Below are positions 45,919 to 54,683 of a DNA stretch of 64,000 nt, piece after piece. Origin of the DNA: a virus; IMG/VR virus record IMGVR_UViG_3300036761_003567, positions 1 through 64,000 of that record; one strand, given 5' to 3'. Position 1 is the first letter of the stretch; every line of letters begins with the position of its first letter. The position numbers and the translations under genes were made by a program. Below the pieces are notes generated by a model. It did no database searches. It was given only the letters and a program-made list of their open reading frames with translations, and was not told where the DNA came from.

Positions 45919-46692
45919 ATGGCAAAATGTTGCCTCTACTGCGGAACACAGGAGAAGATCGTCATAGACATGACGATGTCCCTCGTGGAAGGGGAATCGC
46001 CGGTAGCCATCTCCCTGTGCGAACAGCACCAGAACAAGACGCAACTTCCGTCTCTGAAGAAGGCCTACCTAAAGAAGAAACAGGCTATCGAGAAATTGAA
46101 GCAGCAAGCCAAGCAATACGGCTTCGACGTCATGGACACTGCCCCGGCAGGGCAGGCTATCAAAGTCTCAGTGCCCGCTAAGGCTGCTGGGCCTACTATC
46201 GTGCACGTCCAGAAATCTGGAGAGCAGACATCGCAACCTGCGCCCCAGGCTGCGCCGGCTTCACAGCAATCAGACGCTCAATCTGCCGTTTCTACGCAAG
46301 GAAGGCCTCTACTTGCCAATGTTCCGGAGGATACCGAGGCACCCAGATTCGCTGCTCACGAAATCGACAAGAAGAAGGCACCAAAGGTCCTATCAACCAC
46401 GGAGCAGATTTACGAGCGTGGAGACGGCCTGCCCATTAAATTGCCGAAGAAGATCGTGAGCGAGGCGGGCGAGACGAACATCCGGGTAGTCCAGACCGGT
46501 GGGGACGCTGCTATGCAGGCGCGGCTCAAGAACCTGAAAAGCCAACTGGACCAGAACGAGAACGCGCACTCCTTCAACAAGGACGGATACGCCCTGCGGA
46601 CATGCACGCTCTGCCAGGGAAAGGGGAAGACGGCCATCAACGGTCAGATATGTACGAAGTGCAACGGAGCTGGTGAGGTGTCGAAACTCTAG
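45919..46692 (+). CDS. Hypothetical protein with N-terminal Cys motif and C-terminal DnaJ-like zinc finger
   Basis: CTLCQGKG and CTKCNGAG. Confidence 0.7.
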   Translation: MAKCCLYCGTQEKIVIDMTMSLVEGESPVAISLCEQHQNKTQLPSLKKAYLKKKQAIEKLKQQAKQYGFDVMDTAPAGQAIKVSVPAKAAGPTIVHVQKSGEQTSQPAPQAAPASQQSDAQSAVSTQGRPLLANVPEDTEAPRFAAHEIDKKKAPKVLSTTEQIYERGDGLPIKLPKKIVSEAGETNIRVVQTGGDAAMQARLKNLKSQLDQNENAHSFNKDGYALRTCTLCQGKGKTAINGQICTKCNGAGEVSKL

Positions 46693-47012
46693 GGCCTGTC
46701 GAATTTGCCCTTCCTCTGAAGGAAGCCGGAGTGCCTTGAGCCCTTCCGCTTCGGTCCAGCGTCCCCGCCCATCAGATCCCCGCCTAATGGACTTCCGCGG
46801 CCAATCTTCCCCTGTACGGCGCCAATCGGCGCATTGAAGTAAATCCGATGCCTCGGCTTGAGCGGCGTATCTTGATTACCAGATCTCTGTGGCAGGAGCT
46901 TCTTTTGTGCGGGGTATGATCTAAGCGGGTCCTGCATTCTCTTGAAATACCGCAGACCCATGGCTTGCTTGAGGTCGCCTGCTGTGGATTCGAATAGCGC
47001 GGTCAGTCTCAT
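46689..47012 (-). CDS. Hypothetical basic protein (MRLTALFE...)
   Basis: Translation matches the minus strand (CAT at 47010-47012, CTA at 46689-46691), although the track lists it as plus; coupled to 47009..47527. Confidence 0.75.
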   Translation of the reverse strand: MRLTALFESTAGDLKQAMGLRYFKRMQDPLRSYPAQKKLLPQRSGNQDTPLKPRHRIYFNAPIGAVQGKIGRGSPLGGDLMGGDAGPKRKGSRHSGFLQRKGKFDRP

Positions 47013-47527
47013 TTTGCAGCTTTTAGGGCCTTGTCCCTCTCAGGTTGTGGGTTTGGCCCGCCCCCGGTCCAGGGCGGCTCGTGAGACATTTCGTGCTTGT
47101 CGGCATTGGAGGTGAGGTCGACCAGCTCGTCCATCCGCGGATTCCAGCCAGCAGCCCTCTCTCCGCCCTCCACCAGCTCCTTGATAACCTTGTCGACTGA
47201 CTTCAGGGCGAGGTCGCGGTCCTCTTGCGGGAGGCCCATGGAGCGCATTTCGGTGTCCATCGCCAGCTTGAACGTCGGATCGTCGATGTACTTGTGGCAG
47301 TGAACCTTGCTGAATGCGGCAGTGAGGGAGTCGGCGAACTTACTTTCGGAGATCGCAAGCTGGTACATATCGTCGATGGTCTCTCGATGGAACTGCATGA
47401 AGTGAGAAGACTCCCGCTTCACCTGGTCCGGCTTGTGATAAGCCAGACCTAGCCTAGCATCCTGGTGCAACATGTTGCGGACGGCTTCCAGGAGGAGCTT
47501 CTCACTAGCGTTCATGGCAGTCTCCAT
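47009..47527 (-). CDS. Hypothetical protein
   Basis: TCAAAGATAT motif upstream. Confidence 0.75.
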   Translation of the reverse strand: METAMNASEKLLLEAVRNMLHQDARLGLAYHKPDQVKRESSHFMQFHRETIDDMYQLAISESKFADSLTAAFSKVHCHKYIDDPTFKLAMDTEMRSMGLPQEDRDLALKSVDKVIKELVEGGERAAGWNPRMDELVDLTSNADKHEMSHEPPWTGGGPNPQPERDKALKAAK

Positions 47528-47559
47528 TTAATGGTCAACATATCTTTGAGGAAGGCTTT

Positions 47560-47805
47560 ATGTTTAGACAAAATGACATCGTCCGTTTGAAGGAAGAAAA
47601 GCACGTTAAATATGTCTCCGGCCCAAAGGGCAGGCCAGCCACGCCCAAAGGGGATTGGATAGTCGTCGGTTCCATGGGTGCGGATCTCATGCTGGCTAGA
47701 AACAATACTATCATCCGAATTCCCATGATCGACGTCGTCAAAATCGCTTCGTATGACATGGGTAGGATTCTCAAGGCAGTCGACGACGCAAAGCCAGTAT
47801 TTTAA
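47560..47805 (+). CDS. Small SH3-like hypothetical protein
   Basis: MF...DIV.L start; GAGGAAGG RBS. Confidence 0.7.
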   Translation: MFRQNDIVRLKEEKHVKYVSGPKGRPATPKGDWIVVGSMGADLMLARNNTIIRIPMIDVVKIASYDMGRILKAVDDAKPVF

Positions 47806-47833
47806 TTGAGCGCGGCCCCTTTAAGAGTATCCC

Positions 47834-48880
47834 ATGGCGAAAGAAAAAGATGAGTTCCAGGCCGAAGAGAAGGCGATCCAACATGCCTGGGATTCTGTCG
47901 AGAAGGACTTCGGCAAGGGTTCCGTCATGCACGGGCAGACGATCATCCGCGATATTGAGGCTATCCCGACGGGATCCCTTCGCCTGGACATCGCCCTCGG
48001 AATTGGGGGAGTTCCTCGTGGCCGTATCACGGAGATCTATGGTCCTGAGGCGTCAGGGAAGACGACACTCTGCATGGAAATTGTCAAGAACGTCCAAGCC
48101 AAAAAGGGCCGGGCAATGTTCGTTGACGTCGAGAACGCCTTCGACTCTGCCTATGCCAAGAGGATTAATTTAGACATGGACAAGCTCTACCTTTCCCAGC
48201 CAAACAGCGGCGAACAAGCCTTAACCATCGTCGAGAGGTTCGTAGCATCGAATGCCATGGACCTTATCGTCATCGATTCCGTCGCCGGCCTGGTCCCCCA
48301 GGCAGAATTGGAAGGCGACCTCATAGATAAGCAGATGGGCGCCCAGGCAGCCCTCATGTCAAAAGCCTTACGCAAGCTGGCGCCCATCGTAAACAAGACG
48401 AAGACCTGCGTCATTTTCACGAACCAGCTGCGAGAGAAGATCGGAGTCATGTTCGGAAATCCGGAGACGACATCCGGAGGCCGCGCTCTGAAATATTGGG
48501 CGTCTGTCCGGATCGAGATCAGGCGCCTTTCGACCGTCAAGGAAGGAGACGATGCCGTCGCCATCATCGTCCGCGCCAAGGTCCAGAAGAACAAGGTCGC
48601 CCCGCCGTTCCGCCAGGCCGAATTCAAACTCGTCTTCGGGAGAGGCATCCAAAGGGAAGCTTGCATTGCCGACATGGCGGAGCAGTGTGGTATCCTGAAG
48701 AGGGCCGGCGCCTGGATTTGCTTCAAGGACGAAAAGATTGGGAACGGCATAGATCAAGCTCTTAAATTCCTTGTAGAAAGGCCCGAGATAACAGCGGAAC
48801 TGGAGAACCTGGTCCGGGAGGAGATCCGGAAGAGGGACGTGATCATCAGCAAACCGGAGGAGGAAGCGCCGGAGGAATAA
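47834..48880 (+). CDS. recA: Recombinase A
   Basis: IPTGSL.LDIALGIGG.PRGRITEIYGPEASGKTT, IDSVA.LVP.AE, NQLREKIGVMFGNPETTSGGRALK, KNKVAPPF. Confidence 0.98.
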   Translation: MAKEKDEFQAEEKAIQHAWDSVEKDFGKGSVMHGQTIIRDIEAIPTGSLRLDIALGIGGVPRGRITEIYGPEASGKTTLCMEIVKNVQAKKGRAMFVDVENAFDSAYAKRINLDMDKLYLSQPNSGEQALTIVERFVASNAMDLIVIDSVAGLVPQAELEGDLIDKQMGAQAALMSKALRKLAPIVNKTKTCVIFTNQLREKIGVMFGNPETTSGGRALKYWASVRIEIRRLSTVKEGDDAVAIIVRAKVQKNKVAPPFRQAEFKLVFGRGIQREACIADMAEQCGILKRAGAWICFKDEKIGNGIDQALKFLVERPEITAELENLVREEIRKRDVIISKPEEEAPEE

Positions 48881-48911
48881 AAGATACGCCAGGCCCAATA
48901 GGAGTCTGGCT

Positions 48912-49304
48912 ATGGCTATTGTCAGCGCATTCCGGATCGATGACGTCGTGTATCTAAGGTCCTCGGCGCAGATCGGCTTCCTGGAAGCCTACAAGATCAG
49001 CGGGATCTTCCAGCTCAGGAACGACCGGTATGTCTACACGATCGACATCAACAGGAGGCCGCCGTCCGCTCAGACGCTCGGCGACCATATTGACCTGAAG
49101 CGCATCCAGACGCTCTACTTCACGGAGGATGAGCTTCTGACGTTCTGCGAGGCCGAGACGCTTGTCGTGCAGAATCTCGAGAGAAGGCTGCGGGAGGAGA
49201 AGGCTCGGTTCGCTGCCAGATGTTCAGTTTCACCAGGATCGGGAAGCACCGGTCCGACTCCGCCTGGAAGCGGGAGCGCCGGATCAACTGGGAGTGCCCC
49301 ATGA
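48912..49304 (+). CDS. Hypothetical protein with Gly/Ser/Pro tail
   Basis: AGGAG RBS; C-terminus SPGSGSTGPTPPGSGSAGSTGSAP. Confidence 0.75.
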   Translation: MAIVSAFRIDDVVYLRSSAQIGFLEAYKISGIFQLRNDRYVYTIDINRRPPSAQTLGDHIDLKRIQTLYFTEDELLTFCEAETLVVQNLERRLREEKARFAARCSVSPGSGSTGPTPPGSGSAGSTGSAP

Positions 49305-49750
49305 ACAGACGATCTCTTTTAAAAGCCCTCACACTCCTCCCATTTGCACCCCTGCTCGGACGCAAGACAGAAGCAGCCATTCCGAATGGAGAAGACGACC
49401 TAGCCTATTGGCGGCGCATTCCGAATGGAGAAGACGACCTAGCCTATTGGCGGCACAAAGTAGAGCATTGCGAATCGATTGGGGACCATAAGAAGGCAGA
49501 GCTTTACCGCAGGAGACTGCTGCTCGCCGAGGACGTCGCTCTAATCCACGACATCCAACGGGCCAGAAATGGTCGGAAATTCTCTATGCACGTGGAACGT
49601 GTTGGTCGGGAAACTCTTTGCGTCACGATTCCAGCCGACCTATCGCCCCAGGAGGCCGTGAAGTATCTCGATTCCATAAAGAGACACTTTCGAAAAGTTG
49701 GGTGTCGCAATGCACGACGAGGTCTGGCACAAGCATATCTATTTAGCTGA
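49301..49750 (+). CDS. Tat-signal-like protein with a portal-like C-terminal segment
   Basis: Start revised to MNRRSLLKAL (GGAG RBS, ATGA overlap); LLLAED.ALI..I.RA...R.F...L.P.EA..YL..IK..FRK. Confidence 0.55.
   Translation: MNRRSLLKALTLLPFAPLLGRKTEAAIPNGEDDLAYWRRIPNGEDDLAYWRHKVEHCESIGDHKKAELYRRRLLLAEDVALIHDIQRARNGRKFSMHVERVGRETLCVTIPADLSPQEAVKYLDSIKRHFRKVGCRNARRGLAQAYLFS
49378..49454 (+). repeat. In-frame 39-bp tandem duplication
   Basis: CATTCCGAATGGAGAAGACGACCTAGCCTATTGGCGGC twice, encoding IPNGEDDLAYWR twice. Confidence 0.95.
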
Positions 49751-49759
49751 ACAAAAAGA

Positions 49760-51172
49760 ATGTCAGACGAACAGACCCTTCACGATAAGGATTCTCGCAC
49801 GTTCGGCGAGAACGAAGAACAAGCCATCATAGCGCTAGCCTTCGACCTCCCGGAGTTTTTTAGCTCCGTCGTGCCCTACCTCCAGATCGATCACTTCAAG
49901 CACATCCCGTCCAAGTTCCTGTTCGCCATCATCAAGAAACTCATAGAGAAGCACCGGGTATCGCCGACCCGCGGCCTGGTAAAGGACATTGCCAGGAAGA
50001 ATCTCACGGTCGATGACGATTATGAGCCGATCATCTCCCTCATCGACAAGCAGTCTGATCCCCGGGAAGCTCCGGTTGTCAAGCAGTCCGTCGTCGAATT
50101 CGCCAAGCGTCGCGCCCTGGGACTCCTCTACTCCAAGGAAGTCATGGAGGAAGTCTCGCGCGGAAATTATGACCGCGTGAACGAGATCGTCGAATCAGCC
50201 AGGAAGATCACCGACGTCAGCCAGACGGGAATCTGGTTCTTCGAGCGCGCTCACGAGCTCTTCACGGTGGAGAATGAGATCAAGTTCACGACGGGCTTCC
50301 CGAAGCTGGATAGGTACATCAACGACGGCGGGCCTACGATAAGCGACGTCTTCGTCTGGATGGCTCCGACTAACGTCGGCAAGACTTACATGCTCTGCAA
50401 CACGGGCGAGGCTAACGTGCGGGCCGGGCACAACGTCGTACACTTCTCCTTCGAAGGAGACATCAAGAAGACCCAGGTCAGGTACGCCGGCGCATTCACC
50501 AATGTGCCGGTCGTCACGCATATGCATCGGATGGCGCACAAGGATCAGATCACGCAAATCCTGAGCCGATGCAAGGCCCATTATGGAGCGGAACTCGTCC
50601 TCTACAAGTTTCCTGCGGACGAGGTCAGCGTAGACACCCTCCATCAGGTCATGGACTTCCTGAGGCGGAACAAGGGCTTCAATCCGAGAGTCGTGATTAT
50701 CGACTACCTGGAACTCATGGTCTCGCGGAACAAGTTCATGAACCGGGACGATTACGCTAGACAGAAGTCCATCTCCACGGAGCTGTGCGGATTCGCCGAC
50801 AAGGAAAACGTGGCAGTCTTCACGGCGACGCAGACCAACCGGTACGGCATGAACGAGGAAGAGCAGTCCAGCAAGAAGACGGCCGGGACTGGCGGCGGGA
50901 AGTCAATCGACCTGGATAAGATCGCAGAGTCCTTCGGGAAATCTATGCCGCTTTCCTACGTCGTGAGTATCAATCAGACGAAGAACGAATACGAGGCCGG
51001 CTACGACGCGAGCCGGGCTGAAAACACAGCCGCCCGAGCGAGACTCTTCATCGCCAAGAATCGGAACGGTCCGAAGTCCGAGACAGTAGCTATCCGTATG
51101 AACTACGTCACCATGAAGGCCAAGGAGGACGAGCCGGCCGTCAACATTACGACGGTAGGCGGGAATTCCTAA
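49760..51172 (+). CDS. Replicative DnaB/gp41-like helicase
   Basis: TGFPKLD, APTNVGKT, SFE, IIDYLEL, TATQTNR, IAES, IAKNRNGP. Confidence 0.92.
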   Translation: MSDEQTLHDKDSRTFGENEEQAIIALAFDLPEFFSSVVPYLQIDHFKHIPSKFLFAIIKKLIEKHRVSPTRGLVKDIARKNLTVDDDYEPIISLIDKQSDPREAPVVKQSVVEFAKRRALGLLYSKEVMEEVSRGNYDRVNEIVESARKITDVSQTGIWFFERAHELFTVENEIKFTTGFPKLDRYINDGGPTISDVFVWMAPTNVGKTYMLCNTGEANVRAGHNVVHFSFEGDIKKTQVRYAGAFTNVPVVTHMHRMAHKDQITQILSRCKAHYGAELVLYKFPADEVSVDTLHQVMDFLRRNKGFNPRVVIIDYLELMVSRNKFMNRDDYARQKSISTELCGFADKENVAVFTATQTNRYGMNEEEQSSKKTAGTGGGKSIDLDKIAESFGKSMPLSYVVSINQTKNEYEAGYDASRAENTAARARLFIAKNRNGPKSETVAIRMNYVTMKAKEDEPAVNITTVGGNS

Positions 51173-51531
51173 TGCCAACTTACAACTACATCTGCGAACA
51201 TCACAAGACGGAAGATAGTCAGGATTTCGTCTTCGAAGTCAATCACGGCATGAACCAGAAGCCGGAAGTCCTCTGTCCCCAGTGCAAGAAGCCCTGTAAG
51301 AGGACTTGGCTGGGGATGACGTTCCAGTTCTTCTTCCCTGGCAATGGGCTGGTCAGAGATAAGGCAGGCGCCAGGCGTAGTATGAACCTACACCAACTCG
51401 AGAACGACGACCCCTATGGTTATATGCGCCAGCCGGGCGAGAAAGCGGACTTGGTGGACAAGCTCCGAAAGGGCGGCAAGCACCAGGGACACCCGAAGGT
51501 CATCGCGACCCACGGGATCAAGAAGAAATGA
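51172..51531 (+). CDS. FmdB-family zinc-ribbon protein
   Basis: MPTYNYIC...FEV.H.M.....CPQC. Confidence 0.8.
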   Translation: MPTYNYICEHHKTEDSQDFVFEVNHGMNQKPEVLCPQCKKPCKRTWLGMTFQFFFPGNGLVRDKAGARRSMNLHQLENDDPYGYMRQPGEKADLVDKLRKGGKHQGHPKVIATHGIKKK

Positions 51532-51854
51532 GCTACTGTGGAATGCGTTTTCCAGGGTCGCCAGGTCTACTTCAAATGAAAACGTGGTACAGCGCCATCT
51601 GTCGCAAATGTGGAGAGGGCGCGCAGATCTTCGTCTCAAATCCGAGCTGTACTATGGCCTACCTTGGAGAGAAGGATAAGGAGATTCAAGCCTTCCTAGA
51701 GAAGCACTTCGGATGTGAGCTCGAGCTCATCTGGCGGGATGACCAACTGGACGCACTCTTCAATTCGGGCTGGAAAGTCAGCATTCTCCCGGGCGTCTGC
51801 CGTTATTTCCGACCGGAAAGTATTTCATCTCCGTGTCCAAGCACGCCTTCGTAA
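51528..51854 (+). CDS. Hypothetical protein
   Basis: ATGA overlap; CRKC and H..C. Confidence 0.6.
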   Translation: MSYCGMRFPGSPGLLQMKTWYSAICRKCGEGAQIFVSNPSCTMAYLGEKDKEIQAFLEKHFGCELELIWRDDQLDALFNSGWKVSILPGVCRYFRPESISSPCPSTPS

Positions 51855-53017
51855 TGTGTCAGTACACGAAGCAGTCCTCTCGTCCGCTCATGGCTGCCTT
51901 CATGGACGACGGGAGTGATGCCGTCAGATCGTACCCCCTGCTTCTCTCTGGCGTCGGTCTCAGCTTGAAGACGGTCTGGGAGAGCGCAAAGGCCATCCTT
52001 GGAGAATTCAAAGGGAGTCCTCTTCCCGCCGTAACGATGAACGACTTCAAAACGGTCCTTGATTTCCTGGACCGCGAATGCAACCTACTGGCGCATCCGT
52101 TTAACGTCTGGGATTTTGGCATCCCGAAGCAGCCGAATTACGGCACGCTGTCCGCCGAGAGGGCAAGGGAGATCTGCGAGAAGCTCGTCCGCGGCGTTGC
52201 CAGCATCCAGCCCACCCCCTGGATGAAGCTGCTTGGAAGAGCCACGCAAGTCTACCACATGCTCCAAAAGCGCGGTCTCATGAATGGCCATCTTCTTACC
52301 TATCCTCGGTATGTCCTCAACACGGTCAGTGGCCGGTCGAAGACGCTGGGTTTCAACGTCCAGGGGACGGACGCATCCTATGACGTGAAGCACCCCGATG
52401 AAGAAAAATCCTATTTCATCCATCTGGACTGGATCTCAGCAGACCTTAAGGCTGGCCAGATCCTGAGCGGGGACGAGCTCCTTGCTGAAGCCTTCAGGAA
52501 GTCCGATCCCTACACCGTCATGGCGAAGGGAGACCTGACCCGGGCAGATTGCAAGGGCATGATGATCCGTGCGCTCTATGAAATGGATCAAGATAGTCCA
52601 GCCCTTCAGTTCTGGCCAGACCTTCAAAAATGGGTCGCGGTCGAAAAAGCCAAGTTGGAAGACAGAGGCTGGACGGAGTCCGTTCTGGGTAGAAGGTTCA
52701 GAATGGCCACAGAAGGCGATCCTCTCCACAATATGAGGAGCGTATTTAACGCCTCGCTCCAGGGGACGGTAGTGCACGCCATGCACAACGCCCTCTGGCA
52801 GATTTACAAAGTGATGCCTGATTGTATCGTGGCGGAGATGCACGACTCGATTACTCTGGCAGCGAACAGGCATGCGATTAAGGAAGTTCTGAATGTCGGC
52901 GTCGAAGCCATGCTCCATCCGTTCAAGGACATACTAGATAGCAATCCGACGTTTCCGCTTCGGATTTACGTCGGCCGTCATTGGAAGAAGTGGAAGCTTT
53001 ACAAGGAAATCCGATGA
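51833..53017 (+). CDS. Minimal family A DNA polymerase (polymerase domain only)
   Basis: TVSGR, motif A LDW.SADL, motif B R..CK......Y, S.LGRR, N..LQGT, motif C MHDS. Confidence 0.75.
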   Translation: MSKHAFVMCQYTKQSSRPLMAAFMDDGSDAVRSYPLLLSGVGLSLKTVWESAKAILGEFKGSPLPAVTMNDFKTVLDFLDRECNLLAHPFNVWDFGIPKQPNYGTLSAERAREICEKLVRGVASIQPTPWMKLLGRATQVYHMLQKRGLMNGHLLTYPRYVLNTVSGRSKTLGFNVQGTDASYDVKHPDEEKSYFIHLDWISADLKAGQILSGDELLAEAFRKSDPYTVMAKGDLTRADCKGMMIRALYEMDQDSPALQFWPDLQKWVAVEKAKLEDRGWTESVLGRRFRMATEGDPLHNMRSVFNASLQGTVVHAMHNALWQIYKVMPDCIVAEMHDSITLAANRHAIKEVLNVGVEAMLHPFKDILDSNPTFPLRIYVGRHWKKWKLYKEIR

Positions 53018-53514
53018 CAGCCCCCAAGAACAAATGGTTTGCCGACAATATTCCTGAGGACGTTGCGAATATCGTCGTCCGCATCCACGTTAAGGTGCCA
53101 GGTGGCGGCACCATCTCTCGAGACTTTAGGACTGATGTAGAAATAGACTACGACAATCTCGAAGAGCAGCTCGCAAGGACACCAAGCGCGTTTTCTTATT
53201 GGGCCGGAGTCATGAGCGAGCAGAAGATGGTGGTCGGCGTATTCGAGCGCAAGATAAAGAGACGCAGAGCCATAGTCGCAGAACAGATCCTTAATACAGC
53301 CAAGGCAGAAGGCGTTTCCCTGCGTGCCGCAGACATAAAGGAACTCATTGAGGCAGATGACATTCTGGAGAAGCTGGAAGCGGAGCTCCTGATCGCGCAG
53401 AGGTCCTCTGGCAAGCTTTACAACATCGTAGAAGCGATAAAGATGAAGTCTGAACATTTGCGGTCATTGGCGGGCTTTAAGAGACAAGAACTCAGGGACG
53501 CCGGAAGCGTGTAG
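53014..53514 (+). CDS. UvsY-like recombination mediator
   Basis: ID..NLE......P....YW, helical body, AI.MK...LR.L; located just before SSB. Start revised. Confidence 0.55.
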   Translation: MTAPKNKWFADNIPEDVANIVVRIHVKVPGGGTISRDFRTDVEIDYDNLEEQLARTPSAFSYWAGVMSEQKMVVGVFERKIKRRRAIVAEQILNTAKAEGVSLRAADIKELIEADDILEKLEAELLIAQRSSGKLYNIVEAIKMKSEHLRSLAGFKRQELRDAGSV

Positions 53515-53550
53515 GCCGTATTTCACGGAGAACCATTAAAGGAGGAAGTC

Positions 53551-54627
53551 ATGACAGTGATCCGGGAGAACGAGGACATTGCGCGAATCCGCAAGCTGAT
53601 GCAGGACAAGAAGGGCGGCGGCCAGAAGGATCCGAATGAGTTCCGGTTCCCCAAGGCCAAGGAAAACGAGACGCTCACTTACTACATCAAGTTTCTACCG
53701 CCCGTTCCGAGCATGGGCGACCTCTGGTTCTACATGAACGGCAGCCACTTCATCGACAACAAGCGGCTGGAATGCCCGCGCATCCACGACCAGGGAGCGG
53801 AATGCCCGCTCTGTCAGTTCGGCTTCCAGCTGATGGACGGGATGGACAAGGAGCAGAAGAGCAAGATTGCCAAGACATACCTCGCCAGGAGCTACTACGG
53901 CGTCAACATCTACTTTCCACAGTCCACCAACGTGCAGGAAGATCTCCGCGGCAAGGTCTTCTGGGCCAACATCCCGAAGACGCTCTACGACAAATGCGAG
54001 GAATGCATCCTGCGGGACGACGCAGGAAGCGAGGATGATCCCGCGCCGTTCGGCCTGTTCTACAGCGAAAAGGCCGGATACGTCATGAAGGTCGTCATCA
54101 AGAGCAAGGGCGGCTACAACAACTACGAAGAGTCCAAGTTCCTGGTCACGACCAAGGGGCCTCTGTCCAAGGACGAGGCCAAAGTCAAGGAGATCCTGTC
54201 CAGGCGGCATGATGTGCCTACGAAATTCGTTGCACGCGATCTGGCGGCGCTCCAGGCGAAGGTGGACCAGATCCTGAAGAAACCGTCGACCGTCACGGCG
54301 GGAGACGATGCCGGCTTCCACGAGGATCACACGGAAGAACAGCCCGTGGCAGCCAAGTCTGCGCCGGCCGCAAAGCCCGCGGCAGCCAAACCTGCCCCAG
54401 CAGCAGCCAAGTCTGCGCCGGCCGCAAAGCCCGCGGCAGTCAAACCTGCTCCTCCTGCGGAGGAATTCCAGGACGAGGTTACGGAGGAAGCTCCTGCCAA
54501 GCCATCGGCTAAGACAGCGGCCGCAAAAGCTGCGCCTGCGCCGGAGCCCGAGGAGTCTCCGGCAGATGGTGGGCCCATCGCGGACGCGGAAATCGACAGC
54601 CTACTGAAGGAAATCAAGGACGAGTAG
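53551..54627 (+). CDS. Single-stranded DNA-binding protein (T4 gp32-like)
   Basis: IKFLP, H...C.R...CPLC zinc site, YY..NI, GKV, NYE.SKF, acidic tail; AAGGAGG RBS. Confidence 0.85.
   Translation: MTVIRENEDIARIRKLMQDKKGGGQKDPNEFRFPKAKENETLTYYIKFLPPVPSMGDLWFYMNGSHFIDNKRLECPRIHDQGAECPLCQFGFQLMDGMDKEQKSKIAKTYLARSYYGVNIYFPQSTNVQEDLRGKVFWANIPKTLYDKCEECILRDDAGSEDDPAPFGLFYSEKAGYVMKVVIKSKGGYNNYEESKFLVTTKGPLSKDEAKVKEILSRRHDVPTKFVARDLAALQAKVDQILKKPSTVTAGDDAGFHEDHTEEQPVAAKSAPAAKPAAAKPAPAAAKSAPAAKPAAVKPAPPAEEFQDEVTEEAPAKPSAKTAAAKAAPAPEPEESPADGGPIADAEIDSLLKEIKDE
54349..54449 (+). repeat. 54-bp-period repeat in the SSB linker (AAKSAPAAKPAA.KPAP twice)
   Basis: GCAGCCAAGTCTGCGCCGGCCGCAAAGCCCGCGGCAG at 54349 and 54403. 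Confidence 0.9.
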
Positions 54628-54654
54628 CCGGTTCTGCTAAAGCGTAATCGGAGG

Positions 54655-54683
54655 CGGGCGCGGGACACCGCGCCCGTTTCTTT
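54655..54683 (+). terminator. Rho-independent terminator after SSB
   Basis: CGGGCGCGG-GACA-CCGCGCCCG followed by TTTCTTT. Confidence 0.85.

Noticed and set aside
46689-47012. ORF track lists this ORF on the plus strand
   Set aside because: The given protein MRLTALFEST... is encoded on the minus strand, so it is annotated as minus.
49378-49454. CRISPR mini-array
   Set aside because: Two abutting in-frame copies with no spacer, and no cas genes.
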